A DNA stretch of 64,000 nucleotides from Antedon mediterranea (taxonomy: Eukaryota > Animalia > Echinodermata). The stretch covers positions 19,800,101 through 19,864,100 of the forward strand of contig NC_092677.1 in NCBI RefSeq assembly GCF_964355755.1. Reading direction: 5' to 3'. The notes beneath the pieces were generated by a model that was given only the letters and a program-made list of their open reading frames with translations, did no database searches and had not been told where the DNA came from. The position numbers and the translations under genes were made by a program. Of this stretch, positions 14,901 through 29,900 are shown piece by piece (the stretch's first letter is position 1; the number at the start of each line of letters is the position of its first letter).

Positions 14901-17900
14901 TATTACTTATTACCTTAATTTTATGTACCTATTTCTATTGCAGAATGCAGAGATGAACTTCAATTTTGGTGACAGTCCATTCAAGTATCCACCTGTAAGT
15001 CAAAATGTTTTTTTGCCTTAGGATAAAGCAATACAACAAGCAGTATTTTAATATCTCCTAGAACCTACCTATAAAAGAACCAACAAAAAACAATTCATTT
15101 TCTATATGATTTTCTGCTGTTTTGTTTTTATTGTCAGTAAAGTTCTAAATATGTTTGTTTTTAGTGCAGCAGCTTTACTGGAATGAATAAAGCTCCAGCA
15201 GACTGCATTGTAAAGTCACCTAATTTTGGTAAGCGAAACAAACTCATTTTCAACTTTAAATTTTTGGACTGTAATGTGTATGACGCAATGAAATAGTATA
15301 CAAATAATGAATGTTTATGAGTGCAATGGTACAAATAATGGCACGAGGTGAATGATGAAAGGTTATATCAACGAGGCAAAGCCGAGTTGATATAACCTTT
15401 CATCATTCACCAAGTGCCATTATTTGTACCATTACACGAATACAAAACATTCATTATTTGTTTTATATAACATCTAAATAACAAACAAAAATGTTTCAAA
15501 AAGTACTATTTAACGATCGTTGAATAGTGCGTACTATTGCACGCCATGTGACCCACATTCATCCAATCAAATGACAGGAATTTATATAGGTGTTATATAA
15601 TATTCCTTATGTAGTTAGCCAATTTAACCAAATGCAATGTTGTTTGGGCCAATATTCTTGAAGTAAGTTTTTGAGTGCAATTATATACGCATGCGTTATA
15701 TGCACTACCCACGTAATTTCCATATGATGAAATATGACTTGAAATTTATGAGTACCAATTTTGGTTTAATTAAGATACATGCTTATGAAAATATGATTTC
15801 TTTAAATCAGACGTAGACCACGTAATTTCCCAGCTCTTCTTTGAATCTTCTCTATCTTATCTATGTGAAATTGTCGGTATAGATATTAGATTGGAGAACA
15901 GTATTGGACATGAGGCAAAACAAGAGATTTATAAAATTGCAGCAGGACTGAAGTGCAATTGATCGATTAAAACCCAGCATCTTATTGAATTTTAATGTAA
16001 CCGTGTCCACTTGATGTGACCAAGACAAATCGTTAGATATTACAACTCCAAGTCAAGTACTATCCTTAGCATTTGAAAGCAAATTTCCATCAAGTAAATG
16101 TGTGATGGAGTAGAAGGAACTCGCCTTCTCAACAATGTTAGCACTTGGCACTTTTTAGCATTAAGAGTAAGCGATAGCAGACCACCATAGAATAGTATCA
16201 ATATCCTGCTGCATGGATAACAAATCATCATTACATTGTATACATTTAGAAATAAAAGTTTCATCAGCATATTGGTATCGCTGCGTCTGTAAATGCAAGC
16301 GTAGGTCGTTCAGGTATATATTAAATAACAAGGGCCCCAATACCGTACACTTAGCCGACATTTTGCCATTAAAGACAACACGCTGACTATGGCCAATAAG
16401 GAATGACTCTATCCATAACAAAAGTGAACCATCAATTCCATAAGTTTGTTTTAGTTTAGCTATCAATGTTGAAAGCGAAATTTAATCAAATGCACGACTA
16501 TAATCCAGTGCTACAATGTCAATTCGAGGAACATCATATCAAGTAAGTTAATCCCAGAAGTTGTGGTTCAGCAAGCAAGGTCGAGCATGATTTTCCAGGA
16601 GTAAAACCGTGCTGTGCATCGTACATGAGACCAAACTCATTCAGGTGGTTGCAAAGTGCATCTGCGATCTAGCACTTAACATAAAGCGAAGTTAGTACAA
16701 CAGGCCTCTAATTCTTTAAGTCAGATGGGAATAGCTGCATTAACACAACTCATAAACTTTATTTGAAAGTTATCTATATAATAATAATTGACCATAGCTT
16801 TATTTTTTTATTATATTTATTACAAATTTTTTTCTCTACTTTTCTTACTCTAACACTGTATTTTCGTTATGTTGCCACAGGTAGTGGACCTCCTGCGTCT
16901 AGTAAACTGGCCCCCAATGCTCCACAGGCTGTTATAATTGAGGTATTTTGATTGTTAACAAATTTTGCATTTTTGTTGTGTTTAGGTAGAAACCACTTCT
17001 TAACGGCAATACTAATATTAAGTAAAATATTTATCTCTAGTTGCAATTTTTATTAGGAAGATTTTTGTATTTAGTTTTTTTTGGCTGCGCTTTTTACTAC
17101 CAATTTTGGAATAAACATATCTGACTTTCCACACAAAACTGAAATAATTCTCTGTATTTTTACTTTTAGGTAAAATAATTAGCTATAATATTAAAGGTTT
17201 TTTTGTTTTTTTTGTTAGGGTTCTTATTGCCAATATCGAACTGAATAAAACCTTAATATTACTGAAAAAATTTTTCTGTACTGTAGCTAGTGCCCAAAAA
17301 ACTTTACAATGATCCTTGACAATCCCAAGAGTTATCCATTTGACTATGAATATGGCCAAACGACAGTGGCACTGTTCTCCACAGCATTATGGAAAGTGTT
17401 CGAGGCTCACTTGATCCATGGTTCTGGTACTACAACAAGTTTTACAGATATAAAGGATAATAAACTGTAGTTCCAGTGTACACAAAATGTTTATGTGCAC
17501 TTTAAGGAACCTATAACTGTACATCTTTCGAAGAAAGTAGGGGTTATACTGGTTTCCACAGCCACTGCCTTCGGCAGAAAAGAGGGTGCTAGAATTGGCA
17601 GCACTGACATGACCCTTGGTGGAGAAGCATTATTAAATTCTTATTATTAACCAAGATTTAGTAAAAATAAAAAGATAATTTAAAATATAAATATAGGTGT
17701 TATATAATAAAAACAGGTCATTGAATGAAAAATCAGATTTTTTTTTAGCATAGCTTAAATGTTATGGCACAATTTTATGGCAACATAACAGTTTCTCTTC
17801 TTGGCCTACTTACAGTATAGGTGACTGGACATTTTACACACAGTATTATTTTTCAGCAGGCAAAATTTGCAATAAATAATGTGGTCAGTAAATTCAACTC

Positions 17901-20900
17901 TACTCACATGATTTTTCTTTTTATCTAGCCGTCTAGGGAATTGGCCGAGCAGGTATGTAAATACTTTTCAATATTTTTGAATATTTAATTTATGTGTTCA
18001 TTTTGTAACAATCTGTAACATTTTAATTTATTTTATATTTAAAAGAAAAGAAATTTATTCAAGACACATTGACTGTCTTTTTATTACCAATGGATAAATA
18101 ATGGCCGCATATGAGACTTTGTCAAAAAAGCAAGATATCGAGAAATCACCCCATTGAATAAACAAAAAACTCTAGTAACCTTGATGGTTTCCTAAAAAAC
18201 ATTTTAGTGATTTTTTTTGTTTAGACTTTGAACCAATTCACACTATTCAAGAAGTATGTTGGAGACCCATGTCCAAGGTACTGTATTTATTAATATTTTA
18301 AATATTTAGAAAAGAAATTCACTCTTCTATTTTAATTGTTCCATACATATAATAATATAAAAATCATACATAAAACATCGCAAAAAAAAAAATAGCAAGG
18401 TTTCCAAAAGTAACTCGCCCCAAGTTCTTCATTAACGTGTAAGTCACCACCGCATGGAAGACAGCGCAAGAACCAGGGTAATGGCCTCGGCTACCCCAGG
18501 CAAGAGTAGCAAGTGCACTGCCATAGTTCAAGTACTGCCCACCAATCAATATACACGCTTCTGAACGCCCGCGAGGCGAGCCACCTCCATTCCACACAAC
18601 ATCATCATATTCCAGTATAGGACGTATAAAACCTTTGTACACTACAACAATATCATACACATTAAGCTCAGCTTGCTTCTATTTGCGCAACTACATGTCT
18701 ATTTAAACCGGTGGAGATAACTGTGAAGTATATACCAAGGCAAGCTAACAACAGGTTGCTGAACTCCAGAGAAGGGTTTATCTGTGGCTGCTTGGTTCAA
18801 CAGACACTGCATGCTGCAAAGAATATGTACATAGCAGATGTATTTGTTTCAGCCAAACTTATGCCTGTTACAAGTTCCTATTGGTATAGGCAAGCTGTTA
18901 GATTGCTTTGGGTATACTGTACTCTGTTGCATCAAGATTGGTCTTCCAGTCATGGACACCTCTAGCTCACGTTCACCCTGATTGATTGATTGATTGATTG
19001 ATAGAGGGCTGGGTAGATTTTTTTAGAGGTTTGGATAGATTTTAGAGTTTTAGGTCAGCTGCATTGTTTCCTAACCATATTGGATATCTTCTTTATAATT
19101 TACTACTATTTTGTATTTGTCTTTCAGGGAATTGCTTGTAATTGGGGGTCAACCAGCTAAGGAGCAGATGCGTGCATTACAATCAGGAGTGAGTTCTACA
19201 GTACTATTATGCAGCCTGACAAAAATATTTGAGCTAATAACACAATTTTGTGTATATAAATGCATGTTTTGTAAGAAAGCAAAAAAGATACATGACATAA
19301 TAAAATACCCCTATATCAAAAGTTTGTTCAAATTTGACTACAACAAAGGGTCTAAATTTGAAATACATGTGTTCAATGATGTTTTGATCTTTGTCACTGT
19401 GACACAGCATTTTTTTCCAAAACTACTGGTGTTGGTTTATGTGTTCTTACAGCAATATTTGCTTCATTGGGAAGAAATACATTTTAAAGATTGCAAAAAT
19501 TGAAAGTTGTGGTTTGTCGCTCTTCACAAATACAGCTCTGTTTAGTCTATAAAGTTTGACCCATGTTTTGAGGATTTTGACTATTAAGTAATTTATTGAA
19601 AAGCAATTTCTCAGAACAGCTATTATTACTTTACAATTGAGAACATTTTTAGCTGAATTAATATAATTTCATCCTAAGGTTGACATTGTTGTTGGAACGC
19701 CAGGTAGATTGGATGACTTTATAAGCACAGGAAAAATGGCATTAGATCAGGTAAATACGTTTACCAATTTTTAGCAATAATAGGCTTAGGCCCTGTTTAG
19801 GTTTATGCCTATCTTCATCAGCTTGTGGTATTTTGTCATATATTTGAAGTCAGAGGTCTAAATTAAACATTCCTGTAGTAGCAATATATCATCCATAGTT
19901 TAGCAAACATGTAAAATTAATTCCTTTAAATATATTATGAACAAGAGTGATTGAGAAGCATGGTGCATGCTCTGGCTCATTCACTCTCTATGTATAGATG
20001 TCAACCCTTACCATGTCGATAGATGGCAGAGAAGGAGAGTTTCTCTACAAAGCCTTGTTCAACAATTTATAAACCAATTATTAATAAAAAGAACCATACA
20101 AAAATACAAATTTTTTGTATAAATTTATAATTATATCTATTTTAGATTAACTATTTAGATATTGCAATTTAAATGAAAAATAATTGGAAAAAAATTTTGT
20201 AAATTGACATTTTTTTTTCATGATAACTATGTAGCATGTAAAATATTTAAAAACCACGTGTATAGCTTTTTATTCTTAAATTAATAGAATATAGATTAGA
20301 AATTTGTTTTGGTGCACCTTAACAATCATACTTAAAATGTAAGATAAAACAATATATAATAAATGTGACTTGACTTACAAGATATAAATCAATATAATGT
20401 GTTAAATACAGTTTCACAGTTTTTGTTGTTGTTTTTTTTTGCATATAGGTCCGGTTCTTTATTCTCGATGAAGCTGTAAGTTACAAAAGATTTATTTCAA
20501 CATTGTTGGTGTTAGATTATTATTTCTGATTTCATATATACAGCCCATAACATAATACATATTTTATTTATTTATTTATTTAACAACATATTTATACAGG
20601 ATTATACACAATCAAGTAGAAATATACCTGTTTTGCATTGTGGTCCTGTCGACAAAAACGGATACAAATTTAAATACAAAACAAATACAGTTAATAAATA
20701 GCAATAAAAAAAATAATAACAGGAAGTTAAATGTTATGAGAAGAAATGAGATCTGTATCTAGCTTTAAAGGACATAATCGTGGGTTTTATATCTGCTGGC
20801 AAGTCAGTCCATATTTTTCCGCCTGCAACTTATATTGAAATATATATTTATACTGGGTAACCTCTTCAGTCAAAGACTGGTCTCCCAGAGGGCCCAGCTG

Positions 20901-23900
20901 GTGATCAGTGGCTGTGATATACTAATACACCGGGGTAACCCCCTACTCGTCTCGAAAGATGTACTAGGTTCTTTAAAGTGCACACGAGCTAGATATGTAC
21001 ACTGGACCTATGGTTTATAGTCCTTATCCGAGAAGACTTGTTCTACCACCAGAACCATGGAGTGAGTGAGCCTCGAACCCATGCCGATGTTATGGCTACG
21101 TAATTACGGTTCCACTGTCTTAACCGCTCGGCCACTCACTTTACTTTAAAAGATGAATCCATTTTGCTGTATGTGGTATAACAAAATATTTAAGTTGTCT
21201 ACTCCACGCGTTGAATGGGTGTGTACATTTCCAATTAGTTTAATTTCATTTGTCAGTCTGGTTGGTGCAAGGCCGTGGATACATTTATACATTAGATTAG
21301 CTAGATAAAAATCTCTTCTCTCTTCAAATGTTTTCCCCGAAAGATCCTGAATTATCTCATCACCCCTCACGTCAACAAAATCAAAATTGTTAGTAACAAT
21401 GCGAGCCGCTCTTCTATGAAGATGCTTCAAGATATTCTTGTTTTGGTCCGAGGTATTTTCCCAAACAGTTATCGTATAGTCACTACAAGGTTGTATGATA
21501 CTCAAAACCAACGTTTCTAATAATGATTTATTTAGACATCCCGCCATTTTACTCAACATTGTTATTTTATACCCAATATTTTTTACTGATAGACTGGGTA
21601 TTCTGATTCGACGTTACCATTTCATCTATAATAACTCCCAGATATCTATACTAACTCCCAGATATCTATACTATCAACTTGTTCAATTTTGGTGGGCCCA
21701 ATTTTAATATCCAGGTTATTATCTACATATTCCAATTAGCCTTGCAGTATTAGAATATATACTTTCCTTTTAGCAGTACTGAAATGATGATCTAATTTTA
21801 TATATAGTTCTTTATACAATTTTCTTAAACATAATTGGGGTTTTTCATTTTGAATGCATCACTTTATTGCATACATTTTTATACAACATAAGCCTATAGT
21901 ATAGTATCAAAATTATTACAAAATTATATAAAATCCGTGTCTTACAAGATTTTCTATTTTTAGGATGGGTTACTATCAGCAGGTTATGGGGATCTAATTA
22001 ACAGAATCTGGCAGAAGATTCCCAAAATATCAATCGATGGAAAGAGACTACAACTGATTGTATGTTCTGCTACACTGCATTCATTTGATGTAAAGAAGCT
22101 AGCTGTAAGTATTACCATTGAACATACTGTATTGAAAGTACAGGGTCTTTAAGGTCACATTGGATTTTCGCAGCACTTTCATAAAAATAGAATGTTAATT
22201 ATTATTATCTTTAAAGATCACCCATTGTTATTGTAATAATCTTTATTTCTTTCTTTTTTTTTTCTTTATCCGCAACAACTTGTGTTGCCTAGTCTCTTTT
22301 TCTTGAACTACCAATGTTTTTCAGTATTTCCTTCAACAGATTTTTTTTAGCATTTTGTCTGAAACTTGTAAACAAAAAAAGACCCATTCCCTACAATTTA
22401 CGTTTTGTAAAAACAATGCATATATATTACTTTAAAAACATTAAACCAGGTCATTCCTTGTCTTAAATGTATATTTTATGGTAAATTATGATAAAAAGAG
22501 ACCAAAGTAGCTTGCGGTGAATGTCCTCTCATTGGCCGTCTTTTTGCCTAACCTAGTTTTGTAGGCCTAGCTGGTAAACATCGGTAACGTACAAACATCG
22601 TACGCTAGCTATAGGGCCTAGCCTAATGTTGCTGCATTAATTATCTTTCTGTTTTTGCCAGACTCTGTTTATACAAATTAGAGGGAAACCCAGTATTTTC
22701 TGAAAAGTTAGGAGTCTTCTATTTGTTTTGGCCTCACAATCGATCGAAAGTGGGTGAATTGCAGATGAAAAACAAAAATATTAATCCGCGTGCAATGCAT
22801 GTTGGGATTTATAGCGGGCCACTAAAATTATTAGAATCACCTTATTTTTCACATTTTTAACCATTTAAAGACGAAAAAGGTCAATAGGACCATAAAGTAT
22901 TTATTTTTACATTAAATGTAGTTTGTAACCTTAAATTAGATCTAAAAATGTAGGGAATGAGTCTTTAACTTGGTCAGCATATTTACATGAAGTTATGCCT
23001 GTGACTTTTGTTATGTTGTAAGATATGTAAGAATCCTATATTCTGAACAAATTTCATCTGTTTTCAAAATAATATTTTTTTTTAAATTCACTTTTGATAA
23101 ACCAATTGGTTTATCGAAAGTTAAATTTGTTATACAATTCTATGATTGTTCATAAATTTAAAACCAAAAGGCCTTTTGCATTGAAAGTTCTTGTATTTTT
23201 AATTTGTAACTATTGGTGGCTGTGTCGATAATTTTGAAATTTTCTTTGCTGAATTGATCTAGGCAATTCCTGTTAATGTGTTAGTATACAAGTGGATTTT
23301 TATCCCTACCCATATGTTCTTTAGATGTCGGGAAGTTTCCCCGATGTAAGAGGCGTCACAGCCCCCACAATTAAATTTATTTGACGACATTGGATTTAAG
23401 ATCAAAAGGAATTGGGTCTTTATTACTGAAAGAATTGCCAATTTTAGTTGTTACATATTTCATGGTTTATCATTTCAGGAAAAAATAATGCATTTTCCCA
23501 CATGGGTTGATTTGAAAGGAAAAGACAGTGTTCCAGAGACTGTCCATCATGTGGTATGTTTTTTTTTAGCAACCATATTAAAAAAATGTTCTGGAATATT
23601 TGCATATGTTTACCCTGGTAATTGAAATTTACTGTATATCTGAATACTCCTTTAGTGATCGTGTTCGGACGGCTATTGAAATACATGTTTATTTGGTTTT
23701 CCTTGGGGTAAAACCTGCACGCCTTTCGGACGAGTAAACAAAGTATTGGTAAGCTGGGGTGAAACCATTTAAGATCGGAACTCTTGGGGGGTTTATGTGC
23801 CCTCTGTACATCGACCCATATCAATTGATATGTTGGCATGTTGTTTCGGGTGGGAATCGTTTAATTATTATTTTTCAATCAACATCTATTTATTCACTCT

Positions 23901-26900
23901 ATATATACACCGAATATTTTAAATTTACTTTTTAATAAACTAAATAATGATTGAAAATCCTGTTGACATTGATGTTATTTGGTGACGGCTTTTATATATT
24001 CCAACCTACTACGAATTAAGGCAACAGGATGATGATGATTATATTAAAAAATAGTTTTAAGACTACTAATTAAAAACAAAAGCGTGGGTTACGTCTATCC
24101 GGCAGAAAAGCGCTGAAATTGATGGCCTTTGACCCAGGTGTTTATCAAAATCAAATGACCAATCAGAAAGTTTTTGTAAGGTCACAATTTGACACAACCT
24201 TGCTTGATTAATTATACCCAGAGGCAGCGTGTAATTGAAACAGGATTGAAATAACCAGTAAAGTTGGTGGATTTTTCATCCAGAGGGTTTTCTAATTTTT
24301 TAAAGCCAGAGGTGTAAGTTAATTGGGGTATGTGACCTCACAGTTTGAAGCACACAGTTGTTGGGCCAAATGAAAAGCATGTTAATACCATATATCACAT
24401 TACAAAACTAATTTTCATTTATTGTACTCACAGGTTGTTAAAGTTGATCCTATACAAGATCCTTCTTGGCAACGACATGCAAACAAATGTCAGGTACTAT
24501 ATTTCATTTTTGAGAATTTTTCTTTGGTGTATTTAATTAATTAATAATTTTAACTACTACTATTACTATAATATTAAGTTTTTAAGACTCCATTTAATGC
24601 TCGGTATGAGAACATGTAACACGAAAAAAAAATTATGTGAAAAAAAAACGTGCCATATATTCATCTTTAAACGCTATAAATACCAGCATGTATTTCAAGT
24701 AAATTTATATTTAGGTGATCATTTAGAATAAAATGATCACCTATTGTTATTGTATGAAATCTTTATTCTTATTATTTATTTCTCTCTGTAATTAAGTTTT
24801 GATCAATTTACAGCATGAATTAGGCCATTTGCGTGATTAAATAAATTACTGCGCGATACCTAAAAAACGTCCAAATTACGAATTTTTTTTCAAATGGCAT
24901 TCTACAGTACTCACTATCTTTAGTGCATTCACTAAATTTGAGTCTATTCCAACTTTAAATAACGCTATACGTGCATGTTAAACTTGAATCGTAGATGTCA
25001 TTTAATTTGTTATAGATAAATCCCCCAAAAAACAGAATTGATTTCTTTTCCTTGATTCATTCTTTTCATTGGTCATTGATGCAATACAATCAAACTCAAA
25101 TCAGCAACACTCATGTTTTACCATCATATAAGTTCGGAATGCAATTCGTCTAAATACTATCTTCGAAATATCCATAGAATCATTAAACGCCCATTAAACA
25201 ATGTATTATTATCATTTGACAAATGATTGCTATCTATTCTATTGCGGTGGACTCTTCTTGTTTTGTATCCTCTCTTTGAAACAAACTTTTTTTTTCAAAT
25301 TTCTTCAACTTTTGATTCATTTAAAATTAATTTTAAAAGTCAAACAATTATTTAGCAAATTTCAGGATACAATGCACTATGTAAATGTTTTATTTTTATT
25401 GTTATTGTTACATAAATTCAATATTCATTTATTTTTAGACAGATGGTGTTCATAGTAGAGATAATGTCCAGTGGCATAGCCAAAACAAAGGTATGTATGA
25501 ATACTTAATTCAATTAAGATGCTCCTTAATTTCACATTTCACAGAAATTACTGATACCGTATATTGTCTATTAAGCGCCTGGGGTTGTACTTTTTTTTTA
25601 AAGTGGGGATTTATTAAAGGTGAATTTTAACACCCAATATTACATAACCTAGTTGCTATAAAGCAGTTGAAGTTCTTTATTGCTGAGGAACAAGTTAATG
25701 TCCAAGCTATCTCTAATCCTCCTGTTTTCTAGTTATTTGAACAGCAATAAATCAATTGTTCTATGAAATGGAGTGAAATATCTATGAGAGTTCTCTTGAA
25801 GTAAATGTCCTATCAAAAAGTGTGGCTCTACAAAAACAATAGGGAATTCGCTTAAAAAAAATATTTGTTCATTTGATTTTGATTTTATTTGATTTTCTTG
25901 TTGATTTAGCTTCATTGTTAGATTATTTATAGCAATTATCTTGATACAGATAACATATTAAGACTGATATAAACTCAAACACATATTAATTAAAACTTCA
26001 TGCACACAGGAACCTTGATCCCTGCAGGAGTCTGGTTTCTTTCACTATTCCTCATTCTTTCTAACATTTTTGTCCACAGCGTTTCTCTAAAACATAGTAC
26101 TTGGTCAACTTTTTTATGACTTCAGCCTAGCTGTTTTTTTTCTGATGGCTAGCCCAGCTGTTATCTAGCCTGATTATTTTTATTTAGTTAATAAAAACAT
26201 TGTCGAAAGGTTATTAATTAATTGAAAAAGACAATATACTCATACTGTATTTTTAATTGTTATACAATATTCTTAGAAACAATGTCAGAAGCAGTAAAAA
26301 TCTTGAAGCCAGATTATCTTTTACATGCTATTAAAGAACATAACATAGACCAAGGTATCATATTCTGCAGAACTAAGGTAGACTGTGATAATGTGGAAAG
26401 ATTTTTAACTGTGCATGGCGGAGGTAAGTTTTTATTTTGTGACCCTATTTTAATGCCATGGAGTTGCAGTCACCGAGTGGTTAGGATACTTGATAATATC
26501 GTACATAAAAACCTGGGTTCAATTTCTGAACAACTCCCGGTCCACTCAGGTGTAAATGAGTACTTGGTTGAAAAAAGTGGGAGGATAAGGTTATGTTGAA
26601 TTCTACTCGCAGTCAATACAAGTCTTAGCTTTACATTTTACTTTAATGGCAGTCTTGCAATTAACATTAAAAGAGAATCCCAAGAAATGTTGGAAGAGAA
26701 ATCATGTACTGGTAACTACGAGATACAGTGTACAATCCCTTTATATTGAATTGAAAATATCTTTTTTTGCCTTATAATTAAATAGAAATTAAGAAATAAT
26801 TTATCTATAAATTGGCAGTCTAGTTTAATATACATTTTATTATTTAGGCCCAAGACCTAGAGATGTGAATAGCAAATTCTCTTGTGTTTGTCTTCATGGG

Positions 26901-29900
26901 GACCGTAGCCAGCAAGAAAGGAGAGAAAATTTGAAAAGATTTAAGGTAAATTAAGGGTGTTTTTTTTTTCAGTTTTCTAAATACACTGTAACTACATCTA
27001 AACTAATTTTCATTTCAGAGTTTATACAATATAACATTTCATATAAACAGTAGACAGAATACAAATTCTTAAATAATATTGACAGTAGTATAATATTGTA
27101 AATAAACACTAGTAAAATTAGTGTTTCCAAAAAAGAAAAATATGGTTGAGAATGTCTTGATGTTTCACTAAAAGCTAAATCAAGTTCATTAGCCTGCTAG
27201 CCTATAATCACTGATAATGCTCTCAAGCAGCCAATTGATAATTGATATTGGAGATATTGGTTGGAGATCATTTTTTATAGTTTACATTTGGGAATAGGCT
27301 AACAGTAAAAATTGCCGTTATGTTCAGATCCATGGAGTTATGCTTTTGTGTCGCAATCAATGTCATATTATAATTATTGTAGTAACAACAAAGTGTTCAT
27401 ATTTGCTTAACTAACGCTTTCATTAGAAACTGAAGTGTCACCGAACATCGGGTATGCAGGAGTAAATTTGATTGGTTAAATGTCTGACATACATACCATC
27501 TGTACTAAATACTACTAAATTCACGTTGCGCAATTGTAAACGTCTTTGAAAAATATTAGCTGCACAACTTTACTTGAATGACGATTTGTTGAGAAAGTTA
27601 CAAAATGTTATGTTGGCAAGTTTCAGAGATATGCGAGATACAAAATATATAGAAAGAAAAGAAGAAGATGATCTTTGACAATCACAAAGGTTATCCACAA
27701 CTTTGGGAATAACCAATATAATTTAAACTTTGCGGATAACCAATATAATTTAAACATATTGGCACAATCATTTTGTTGATACAAATCTTTGCGATCTACA
27801 GAGTTTGACAGCAAAGCGTTCTTCAGCTAATTTGTTTACTCATATTTTTTTTTTATGTATTATTACCACGTTCCTTTAATTGACATAAATTTGGATTCCA
27901 CGTAATAACATTATGGACAAAACGCCTTAAAGGGGAACCGAGTTGATACATTTTAGAGTTACGTACTGTAAACATGTATAAAATTAAAGGTAACAACTGT
28001 TTTTGTTACAAAATGTGTTTTCATTAATTAATAATAAACAGTTATCAGGTAATTAGCAAAGAAGACATCTGATTGGATAAGGACTTTATGACGTCTGGAA
28101 AAGTCCTCACAATTCAACACAATCTTAATCACGATGATACACATGCAGTATGCTGGTATAATCGAGAAATAGAAAATGTTGTCTATTGTTAGTAAAACGC
28201 TTTATTTAAGAATGGCACATTTTCAGTGCATGCAGCATGCATACTCGATGTTTGGCATTAGGAGCAGTTAATACGCATTTACACCATTCATTATCTCCTG
28301 TCTTGTCATCCAAAATTATTGTTATCGTCACTTTTATCCTCTTAATGACTTAGAAATGTTCGTTCAGGCTCAAATAAGAACCTTACTTGTGGCTGACCTG
28401 CAGTTTGAATCGCAACCTCAGCATGTAAACAATGCTGTAGACCTTTGATTATGTTACATGTTGTAGCGCTCTCTATCATTCAATTTTTTAATTTCTTTGT
28501 TAATTAGTGAAAATAAAATAAAATATGGTCGCATAACGATAGTCAATATGTCCAAGTATATTCAGATTAGGTTTATTTTCACTTGAGGTCCCCTTTAATG
28601 GGAGTTTAACCTGCTCATTGTAAAGTTACTCGCCGATGTATACTGTTAAAATCCAGTACATCATTCGCTCTGGTCGGTTTCTTGACTAACTGCTTGAGAA
28701 GGTATTTGATTAACCCATAGTCCTTTATTCGGTTGAAGTTCCCTTATAGTTTATACTAAAGTTGTATTTTGATGTGTTTAACAGTTGTAGTTCATACTCT
28801 TAATTATGTGACATGACATGTCCCAATTGGCACTATCAGGCAGAGGTGAATATCAGATGTGGTAACCTCTTAGGATGGAGTGTAATCCATAAACTTGTGA
28901 TTAATTCATTTTGCAAGTCTGTCAACTCCTTAACAGGGACTTCACTGACATACAGTATACAAATTCCTTCAAGATTTACCAATGCAATCCTGTCGAAAAA
29001 AAGCTGATACCTTCCAGAGCGTAAAGGTTATTTGCTAAATAAGGTTCGAGGTGGAACTCAGTTTTAGCAATAATATTTGAGGACTAGCAGTTACCCGTCC
29101 AAAGTAATATAGTACAATCCAGTACACTCTTCCCTGGTACATTGCAGAATACACAAATCTGTATATGGATGTATAGTGCAGAGGTACATTATACAGTGCC
29201 ATTTATATTAGAATTTATAATAGGCATACAGTACTGTATTTGTCTTTATATTTCAGTGTCTCTTTTGTTTTAATTTCAAAAGCAAGCAATTTGAAATAGA
29301 AAATCATCGCAAGTGATGTATTAGTATTCACTGTAAAATGAATGTTTGAAAAACATGCAGTCACAAAAGAGAAACCGAATCTTGTTGCTATATTAATTTT
29401 TAATTAAAGATTAAAGTGACTTAGTTGAATCTGGTTGATATTCTTGCAGTCTCCTGTTGTTCAGTTGAATTTCTTAATTTTTGTTTAGTTTGTCTTTAAG
29501 ATGAATGTGTAGGCCTAATTAGAAAGTATTAGGCCTAGTAAATATGATTTATACTTGTTTGTACCTCCCTTCTTAAAGGCCTACACCCCTTGAAAATATA
29601 TTACATAAAACGAACAATTAAAAATCCACAAAAAATAACAAAGCATAATGTTAGCATAATAATGTAGGCCTACTCCAGAATTTGACATATCTGAAAACAC
29701 TACCGAGCGGGAGCTAATGTCTTCTTAGGCCCGTCACACCTGGACCGAATCATCCCGCATTCATCAATTATTGCCTATTATAGCAGCTTAGGAATAGTAA
29801 TTAGTAAGAAAAATAACCTCGCCTAGGGTGCTGGTAAACTCGGGGCCCTAAACCGTCTCAGCCAAAGTCAACTCGGCCCCAAGTCAAGTCACCCTCAAGT

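Noticed and set aside
21060-21140. tRNA gene
   Set aside because: A and B boxes are present, but there is no cloverleaf acceptor stem. It continues into a repeated SINE body with a second copy at 17345.
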